A DNA stretch of 42,550 nucleotides, from the NCBI GenBank assembly GCA_903953455.1, contig CAJBJW010000317.1, positions 1-42,550 of the forward strand, written 5' to 3'. The translations under genes and the position numbers were made by a program. Positions 16,954-23,848 of the stretch are shown piece after piece (within the stretch, counting starts at the first letter, position 1; each line of letters begins with the position of its first letter). Source of the stretch: an uncultured Pseudomonadota bacterium (GTDB lineage Bacteria > Pseudomonadota > Gammaproteobacteria > Methylococcales > Methylomonadaceae). The notes under the pieces were generated by a model. The model saw only the letters and a program-made list of their open reading frames with translations. It had not been told where the DNA came from and ran no database searches.

Positions 16954-19549
16954 CTAACTCTTCTGCTGATTTACTCGTGAAATAACTCGGTACAATACTA
17001 ATCAACGTAATCATTAACGTCGCTAAATAAGGCACCGCTTGAACTGCTAAAATAGCAATCCACAGTTTACCATTCATGTTATCAAGGTATTCGAGTTGAC
17101 TAACTTCGACAATTCCCCATCCAAGCCAAAGTAATAGTAAAATTTCCTGTTGAATAACACGTAAACCAGCAAATAACGCACCATGTGCTTCATATTTTGG
17201 CGTACGCATAAACGGCTTACCTGAGGTGAATAAACCTTGAATGGTTCCTAACGCAACCGTATGGGTTAATGCTAAACCTGACAGTGCCGCGCCAAGTGAA
17301 TGCCAAACCGAACAGGGAACACGCGCTTGATAAAGCCAAAGTCCACGAATGATTTTAAATACAAATAACCCCACTGTTGGCATCAAGAAAACATTAGCCG
17401 GTAATTCAGGATGCGCCGCAAAGCAAATCAGAACGGTAATAGCCAAACTTGCTAGCGTGAAAACAAGTGCCAATGCATCAGAAAACCAAGGCAACCAACC
17501 CGCTATAAAATAATACTTTTGCGCGGTGGTGAGCGGTGATTTTTTAGTTGGTAGAAAACTACGCCAATGCGCTTTGATAATTTGCATCGCGCCATACACC
17601 CAACGAAAACGCTGCGTCATATAGCCAGAGAATGTATCTGGCATCAAACCACGACCAAAAGAATCTTTCACATAAACTGAGTCATAACCCGCTTCATATA
17701 AACGCAGACCCAGTTCACTATCCTCACAAATACACCACTCCGACCAACGACCTACTTCAATTAACGCGGATTTACGAATCATTGTCATCGTGCCGTGCTG
17801 AATAATGGCGTTATATTCGTTGCGCTGTACCATGCCGATATTGAAAAATCCCGCATATTCCCAATACGAAAATTCTTTAAACGTACTTTGATGACGATCA
17901 CGGTAATCTTGAGGCGACTGGATAAAACCGACTTTTGGATTATCAAAATAAGGCACCATGGATTTTAACCAATCGGGTGACAATACATAGTCACTATCAA
18001 TTAACGCGATAATTTCAGCATCTTCAGCGGTTTGTTCAAGGGCATGATTGATGGCGCCCGCTTTAAATCCAGGCCAATTTTCCAAATGAAAGAAACGGAA
18101 TCGCTCGCCTAGGCGTTTGCAGTCTTCTTCGACAGGTTGCCATACGGCAGGATCTTTCGTGTTGTTATCCATGACAAGTACTTCGAAGTTGGGATAATCC
18201 ACTTTTGCTAATGCTTCTAATGTTTTACGAACCATTAAAGGCGGTTCATTATGAATGGGCAAATGCAGCGAAACTTTGGGATATGTAAATTCAGCTGTTG
18301 GTTTAAGTGGTTGAAACGTCCGCACGGTTTTGCGATGCCAAACAACCTCAGCAATTTCCAAACTTTCAATCAACAAAATAATGGTGGCAAGTACTTGCAT
18401 CAAAATCATCAATGCCCACAATGCCAAACTTAATGTGGTTTGGTATTGATGCGCACCACTAGATACAGACCAAAAAATGACTGATGCGGCTAAGTTAGCC
18501 ATTAAACCAAAGAAGAAAATACCCGATAATTTTAAACTACTGCGCGTAACAACAATGAGTCCCATTAAAAGTAAACTAAAGCCAGCTGCGCCAGCCGCCC
18601 AATTTTCCCAATCAGGCAACGCCATCACGTCACCGTCCATGGGATATTTAGGCTGACGATCTGCGTTGAAAATCCCCCAATACGCACCAGCCGAGCCTTC
18701 AATGGATTTTTTCCATGGTTGATCAAAGGCTTCAACGACGTAATAAGTTATTTTTTCTTTGTCTGCGCGAGTGAGAAAATCACGCAAGAATGTCGCTTGA
18801 TTCGGAATAGAGGCCGTTGCGTGCTTAACAGGCTGTCCATCAGAAGGCCAACCTACCTCAGTAATGACAATGGGTTTATTAGGATATGCCGCTTTCACGT
18901 CATTGTAGCGATCAAAGACATAATCTACCGCATCTTCCGCCGCAATTCCTTCCCAATAAGGCAAAACGTGAATCGCAATAAAATCCACTTCATCCACTAA
19001 TTTTGGGTGCTTAATCCACACGTCCCATGTTTCAGATGTACTGACAGGGCGATTAGGGTTGCTGTGGCGTACATCACGAATATAGCCAATTAGCGCTTCT
19101 TCGGTCACGTCACCACGCAATAGTACCTCGTTACCCACCATAAGACGGATTAACTTAGGGTTGTATTGTTTGCTAATTTCAATGAGCGTATCAACTTGAC
19201 GGCGATTTTCATCTAAATCCACCCCAATCCACGCACCAACGGTTGAATTTAAATTATGTTTCGCCGCGAGTTCAGGAATTTTATCCAACCCTTTTTCTTT
19301 GGATACGTTATAAGTTCGCACCGCAAACACTTTATCTCTTAACAGTTCAAAATCATTTTCAATTTCTTGTGCACTGGGAAAAGTGTTACTCGTCTGCGTA
19401 TCTTGCTTTCGCAGAGGGTCGTAGGTGACACCCATGGTGGTTTTTGTCCATGACTGTACTTGCAGCGGATTGTTAACGTAACTCCAAATACTAAAGTTGA
19501 CCGCGAGGAGTAGCGTTAAGGTTAATAAAATTACAAATTTTCTTATCAT
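16940..19549 (-). CDS. GH17 - GT2 fusion protein, NdvB-like (cyclic) beta-1,3-glucan synthase
   Basis: 869 aa. An N-terminal TM precedes a periplasmic GH17 module (MVGNEVLLRGDV acid/base, VITEVGWPSDG nucleophile motif). TM helices follow, then a processive GT2 (VLVMDNNTKDP, IALIDSDY, EDSELGLRLYEAGY, QRFRWVYG) and C-terminal TM helices. Confidence 0.85.
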   Translation of the reverse strand: MIRKFVILLTLTLLLAVNFSIWSYVNNPLQVQSWTKTTMGVTYDPLRKQDTQTSNTFPSAQEIENDFELLRDKVFAVRTYNVSKEKGLDKIPELAAKHNLNSTVGAWIGVDLDENRRQVDTLIEISKQYNPKLIRLMVGNEVLLRGDVTEEALIGYIRDVRHSNPNRPVSTSETWDVWIKHPKLVDEVDFIAIHVLPYWEGIAAEDAVDYVFDRYNDVKAAYPNKPIVITEVGWPSDGQPVKHATASIPNQATFLRDFLTRADKEKITYYVVEAFDQPWKKSIEGSAGAYWGIFNADRQPKYPMDGDVMALPDWENWAAGAAGFSLLLMGLIVVTRSSLKLSGIFFFGLMANLAASVIFWSVSSGAHQYQTTLSLALWALMILMQVLATIILLIESLEIAEVVWHRKTVRTFQPLKPTAEFTYPKVSLHLPIHNEPPLMVRKTLEALAKVDYPNFEVLVMDNNTKDPAVWQPVEEDCKRLGERFRFFHLENWPGFKAGAINHALEQTAEDAEIIALIDSDYVLSPDWLKSMVPYFDNPKVGFIQSPQDYRDRHQSTFKEFSYWEYAGFFNIGMVQRNEYNAIIQHGTMTMIRKSALIEVGRWSEWCICEDSELGLRLYEAGYDSVYVKDSFGRGLMPDTFSGYMTQRFRWVYGAMQIIKAHWRSFLPTKKSPLTTAQKYYFIAGWLPWFSDALALVFTLASLAITVLICFAAHPELPANVFLMPTVGLFVFKIIRGLWLYQARVPCSVWHSLGAALSGLALTHTVALGTIQGLFTSGKPFMRTPKYEAHGALFAGLRVIQQEILLLLWLGWGIVEVSQLEYLDNMNGKLWIAILAVQAVPYLATLMITLISIVPSYFTSKSAEELDDEV

Positions 19550-19840
19550 TTGGGAAAGAGTTAATGTGAAAATAAAGAAATGGCGAGTTGTTTTTTATTT
19601 AAGCAAACTTCGATTTTTATAAAGCAACATTTAATAAAGAAATTCCCACCCAACTAAAGCAGGGTAAGGTACATTTGCACTGTAAAATCCTAAACAAAAC
19701 AGCGAAATCAATTCAAAGTCAATGTTTGCACAGTCATGGTTTTATATTCTTTTAGCTTATGCTTAACTTTAATCATACAATTATATTATTCTTATCACAC
19801 AAAACAATGTCATCGTAACAAACTGAACTCAAAGACCCCG

Positions 19841-20533
19841 CTATTCAAGCGAACTAGGTTTAATTCGAGCATACCAGCCATAGTATAAAGCATACGCAAC
19901 TAAGAAAACTAAATAGCCCGACCATAAAATATCCGAGACAAAATGCCCACCTGCCGTCATGCGGGTAAATCCCATCGTCCAAGCCAAACCTAAGGTTAAC
20001 GCTAAATAAATTAACTTATGATTTTTCGCTAAAAAATACACTGCAAAGAATGCATATCCGACTGAACAATGTCCACAAACAAAGGATTTATCAAGGGTAT
20101 GCCCAATTTTAACCGGCGGAATATATTGAAATTCGCCACCAAATTCTTGTATATGCACTGGACGTGGTCTACCCCAATGATCTTTAACAATCAAATTCAC
20201 CACCAGTCCAGGCCCTAAAGCAATCACCAGTAAAACATACAAAGCTTGGCGACGATAAGGACGACTATGATCATGAATATGACTTAACAAAAATATCGAT
20301 AGCGCTGATACAACTATAGCCACTATAAATGGTAAAGCGTAGTCAAACAAAAGCTTTAAAAACCAATGATGCTGTAATGGCCAGACATCACCAAGTTTCT
20401 CAGGATGATAAAAAATAGCCGCTAAACGATAATCCCAATCAGTCAACCAAAACACCAAAGTGGTAAGAATGGCTAAAAGTAGCACAATAATTAATTCATA
20501 AAAACGACGATAAGGGGTCATATCAATGTTCAA
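19841..20533 (-). CDS. PAP2-family membrane phosphatase (LpxE/LpxF/PgpB-like)
   Basis: The 230-aa ORF starts at a TTG. The likely real start is ATG 20521 (MTPYRRFY...). It has PAP2 motifs KDHWGRPRP, CGHCS and RMTAGGHFVSD and multiple TM helices. Confidence 0.82.
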   Translation of the reverse strand: MNIDMTPYRRFYELIIVLLLAILTTLVFWLTDWDYRLAAIFYHPEKLGDVWPLQHHWFLKLLFDYALPFIVAIVVSALSIFLLSHIHDHSRPYRRQALYVLLVIALGPGLVVNLIVKDHWGRPRPVHIQEFGGEFQYIPPVKIGHTLDKSFVCGHCSVGYAFFAVYFLAKNHKLIYLALTLGLAWTMGFTRMTAGGHFVSDILWSGYLVFLVAYALYYGWYARIKPSSLE

Positions 20534-20567
20534 GTTTTCCAGATAGAGCCGATTTAGGCCATTTTTA

Positions 20568-20879
20568 TCAATTTTCAGCTAAATAGACAAAATAATAGGA
20601 ATTAGCTTGATTAGGATTGATCACTTTCGTTACAAAACAAAAGCTTTCGAATGCTGACTTTAACTCAGCAGGAACTTGTTCTGTACTTTCACTAATGACA
20701 ATTGCATTTTTACCCATAAATTTTAATGGAGTATCCCAACCTTCATATTGAGAAACCATTTGTCCACTCGTTTCAAAACGAAACACGGATGGATGATCTG
20801 GCAAATAAAAACCTAATTGACTTGCCAAATATCGATGCCCTAAAGCCACGACAAATGAATTTACATGAAAATCCATCAT
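20568..20879 (-). CDS. Hypothetical protein resembling only the C-terminal periplasmic domain of ArnT/PMT-type (GT39/GT83) GT-C glycosyltransferases; possible gene remnant
   Basis: 103 aa. An in-frame ATG also lies at 20891, and the frame is open up to a stop at 21012..21014. RYLASQLGFYLPDHPSVF...SQYEGW...GKNAIVI matches my recollection of the C-terminal module of GT-C enzymes. No TM or catalytic part is present, there is no clear SD, and the start codon lies inside a hairpin. Confidence 0.4.
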   Translation of the reverse strand: MMDFHVNSFVVALGHRYLASQLGFYLPDHPSVFRFETSGQMVSQYEGWDTPLKFMGKNAIVISESTEQVPAELKSAFESFCFVTKVINPNQANSYYFVYLAEN

Positions 20880-20892
20880 CGGATTTTCATGC
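20864..20892 (-). promoter_or_regulatory. Perfect 11-bp inverted repeat enclosing the start codons of the 103-aa ORF
   Basis: Plus strand: CATGAAAATCC (20864-20874), ATCATCC, GGATTTTCATG (20882-20892). In the mRNA sense the first ATG of the ATGATG start pair sits in the 7-nt loop, and the second ATG extends into the stem. Confidence 0.5.
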
Positions 20893-21059
20893 TTTCATTT
20901 TGTGATATTTGAAACCATATTGAAAACCACCTTATTCGCAGAAAAGATTTAAACAAATTGGTTTTCGTGATTTTATGTTTATCTGAATGCAATACTCTAC
21001 TGGCTTTTTTTTAAGCTTATTTGATTGATAGCGACAATATAGGTGAAGTCATAAATTCA

Positions 21060-21091
21060 AAAAAATCGCACTACGCCAAAATAGCGCGATT
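21060..21091 (-). terminator. Rho-independent terminator of the aceE-aceF-lpdA operon
   Basis: Minus-strand transcript: AATCGCGCT-(10 nt)-AGTGCGATT followed by a T-run. The 9-bp stem has one G-U pair that is a mismatch on the plus strand, so the orientation fits lpdA. Confidence 0.7.
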
Positions 21092-21107
21092 TTTAAGATT
21101 TAACGAA

Positions 21108-22511
21108 TTACCCTTTTTTTACATACAAATCAGTAATGGTGCCTTCAATCATTTCAGCTGCGAAGGCAACCGTTTCTGATAACGTAGGATGCGCATGAAT
21201 ACTTAAGCTAATATCTTTCATATCAGCGCCCATTTCAAGCGCCAATACGGCTTCGGCAAGTAATTCACCTGCATTTGAACCGACAATTCCTGCACCTAAA
21301 ATACGTCCAGTTTCTTTATCCGCTAAAATTTTGGTCAATCCTTCTTTACGCCCTGTACTTAGTGAACGTCCACTTGCTGCCCAAGGGAATGCACCTTTCT
21401 CGTATTCAATGCCTTGCGCTTTCGCTTGCGTTTCAGTTAATCCCATCCATGCAATTTCAGGATCGGTATAAGCAACTGACGGAATCGTTAAGGCATCAAA
21501 ATAAGACTTATGGCCCGCAATAACTTCGGCGGCTATTTTACCTTCATGCACGGCTTTATGTGCAAGCATTGGCTGCCCGACAATATCACCAATCGCGAAA
21601 ATATGAGCAACGTTCGTTCGCTGTTGTTTATCTACGGCAATGAACCCGAAATCATCGACGACAACCCCCGCATTTTCAGCACCGATTTTTTTACCATTGG
21701 GACGACGCCCAACAGCTACCAAAACTGCATCAAATAAATCGGATTCTGGCGCACCTTTACCTTCAAAAGCGACTTTCAAACCATCTGATTGCGCTTCAAT
21801 AGTCGTTACTTTCGTTTCTAGCCAAATATTTTTATATTGTTTTTTGATTTTACGATGCAGTGGCGTTACCAAATCTTTATCACAACCAGGAATGATTTGA
21901 TCCATCAATTCTACAACGTGAATTTCACTACCTAGTGCATGAAAAACCGTTGCCATTTCAAGCCCGATAATACCACCACCAACAATTAATAATTTTTTAG
22001 GTATAAACGGCAAAGCCAGCGCATCACTCGAATCCCACAAACGTGGATCCTCATTAGGAAAAACTGGAATTTGCGTAGGTTGTGAACCAGCAGCGATAAT
22101 GGCATTTTCAAACGTCACTGTCGTATCACCAACCACCAAGGTACTCGCACTTGTGAACTGCCCAACGCCTTGAACAATCGTCACACTGCGTTGTTTAGCT
22201 AGCGCACCCAAACCGTCATTAAGTCCTTTAGTCACACTTGATTTCCATGCACGGATTTTATCTAAATCTAGCTCAGGCTGAGTAAATGTGACGCCATAAT
22301 TTTTCGATTCTTCTGCTTCATGAATTGTATGTGCAAGATGAAGCATGGCTTTGGAAGGAATACATCCGACGTTCAAACAAACGCCACCGAGCACTGGATA
22401 ACGCTCAACTAAAACAACCGTTTTACCCAAATCGGCCGCGCGAAATGCCGCACTATAACCACCCGGACCGCCACCTAAAACAACGACTTGCGCCTGTAAA
22501 TTTTCACTCAT
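21108..22511 (-). CDS. lpdA: Dihydrolipoyl dehydrogenase (E3)
   Basis: 467 aa with the FAD fold VVLGGGPGGYSAA, the redox disulfide GGVCLNVGCIPSK and the C-terminal HAHPTLSE. Confidence 0.97.
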   Translation of the reverse strand: MSENLQAQVVVLGGGPGGYSAAFRAADLGKTVVLVERYPVLGGVCLNVGCIPSKAMLHLAHTIHEAEESKNYGVTFTQPELDLDKIRAWKSSVTKGLNDGLGALAKQRSVTIVQGVGQFTSASTLVVGDTTVTFENAIIAAGSQPTQIPVFPNEDPRLWDSSDALALPFIPKKLLIVGGGIIGLEMATVFHALGSEIHVVELMDQIIPGCDKDLVTPLHRKIKKQYKNIWLETKVTTIEAQSDGLKVAFEGKGAPESDLFDAVLVAVGRRPNGKKIGAENAGVVVDDFGFIAVDKQQRTNVAHIFAIGDIVGQPMLAHKAVHEGKIAAEVIAGHKSYFDALTIPSVAYTDPEIAWMGLTETQAKAQGIEYEKGAFPWAASGRSLSTGRKEGLTKILADKETGRILGAGIVGSNAGELLAEAVLALEMGADMKDISLSIHAHPTLSETVAFAAEMIEGTITDLYVKKG

Positions 22512-22530
22512 GTTTGATTTCCCCGACCCT

Positions 22531-23829
22531 TTAAACCAGCAAACGGCGAATATCGCCCAAATAATATTTTACGGCTTCCATGAATTGAGCGCCTTCAGCA
22601 CCGTCAATTACACGATGATCGTAAGTTAAATCCAGCGGTAACATTAAGCGAGGTTCAAAAGTTTCACCATTCCAAACAGGCTGTATTTTCGATTTAGTCA
22701 CCCCTAAAATGGCCACCTCAGGTGCGTTGACGATAGGCGTAAAAGCGGTACCACCAATGCCACCTAAACTCGAAATGCTAATACATCCGCCTTGCATATC
22801 AGAAGGCAGTAATTTTCCAGAACGGGCTTTTTCGCTTTTTTCAGCAAGCTCAATGGCGAGTTGTTTTACCGTTTTACTTGTCACATCACGTAGCACGGGC
22901 ACGACCAATCCGTTTGGCGTATTCACAGCAATACCAATATTCAAATATTTTTTAAAAATTAAACTTTCGCCATCACTTGAAAGCGATGAATTAAATCGTG
23001 GAAATTGCCCCATGGCTGCCGCTAAAGCTTTTACGATAAACAATAACCCAGTGTATTTCACACCCTCTTTATTTTTTTCATTGTTTAACGCAACTCGGAA
23101 GGCCTCCATGTCGGTAATATCCACTTCATCGTGATACGTGACCATCGGCAAATTGAGCCACACGCTCGTCATGTGTTGCCCGGTCAATCGATTGATTTTA
23201 CTCAAAGGCTGAATATCAATAGCGCCAAATACAGAAAAATCAGGTACGGGGATTGACGGAATACCTGCTCCACTCCCTATTTTAACGCCTTCGACAAGAA
23301 TTTTTTTAACATAATTCTTTACATCATCTTTTAAGATGCGGCCTTTACGCCCACTACCTTGCGTCACTTTTGATAAATCAACACCTAACTCTCTTGCAAA
23401 TAAACGTACCGAAGGTGACGCATGTGCTGAGTATGATTGCACCTGACTCTCAACAGATACATCTACTGATTTAGCAATTGGCACGTTGATTTCAATTGGC
23501 GTAGAGGCAACAGACACCGCTTCAACGGGTTTAACTTCTGCAACAGCAATTGTTTCAAAAACCGGCGTTGCAGGTACTGCAGTGACATCATCTACTAGAA
23601 CGGTTGCAATTAACGTCCCTTCGTTGACTTTATCGCCAACTTTGATGTGAACTTGCTGAACAGTCCCTGTGGCTGTCGCAGGCAAATCCATACTCGCTTT
23701 ATCGGTTTCAAGTGTTGCAATCGTTTGATCTAAAACAATCACATCACCTGCTTGAATGCTTACTTCAACGACATCAATGTCATGCACATTGCCCACATCG
23801 GGGACTTTAATTTCACAAATGTTGCTCAT
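22531..23829 (-). CDS. aceF: Pyruvate dehydrogenase E2, dihydrolipoamide acetyltransferase (single lipoyl domain)
   Basis: 432 aa with one lipoyl domain (LETDKASMDLPA), an E3-binding domain (SPSVRLFARELGVDLSKV) and a catalytic DHRVIDGA. Confidence 0.95.
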   Translation of the reverse strand: MSNICEIKVPDVGNVHDIDVVEVSIQAGDVIVLDQTIATLETDKASMDLPATATGTVQQVHIKVGDKVNEGTLIATVLVDDVTAVPATPVFETIAVAEVKPVEAVSVASTPIEINVPIAKSVDVSVESQVQSYSAHASPSVRLFARELGVDLSKVTQGSGRKGRILKDDVKNYVKKILVEGVKIGSGAGIPSIPVPDFSVFGAIDIQPLSKINRLTGQHMTSVWLNLPMVTYHDEVDITDMEAFRVALNNEKNKEGVKYTGLLFIVKALAAAMGQFPRFNSSLSSDGESLIFKKYLNIGIAVNTPNGLVVPVLRDVTSKTVKQLAIELAEKSEKARSGKLLPSDMQGGCISISSLGGIGGTAFTPIVNAPEVAILGVTKSKIQPVWNGETFEPRLMLPLDLTYDHRVIDGAEGAQFMEAVKYYLGDIRRLLV

Positions 23830-23848
23830 AATGGCGTGTCCCTTTAAT

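Noticed and set aside
22709-23134. 141-aa plus-strand ORF
   Set aside because: It is antisense to aceF and has no start context.
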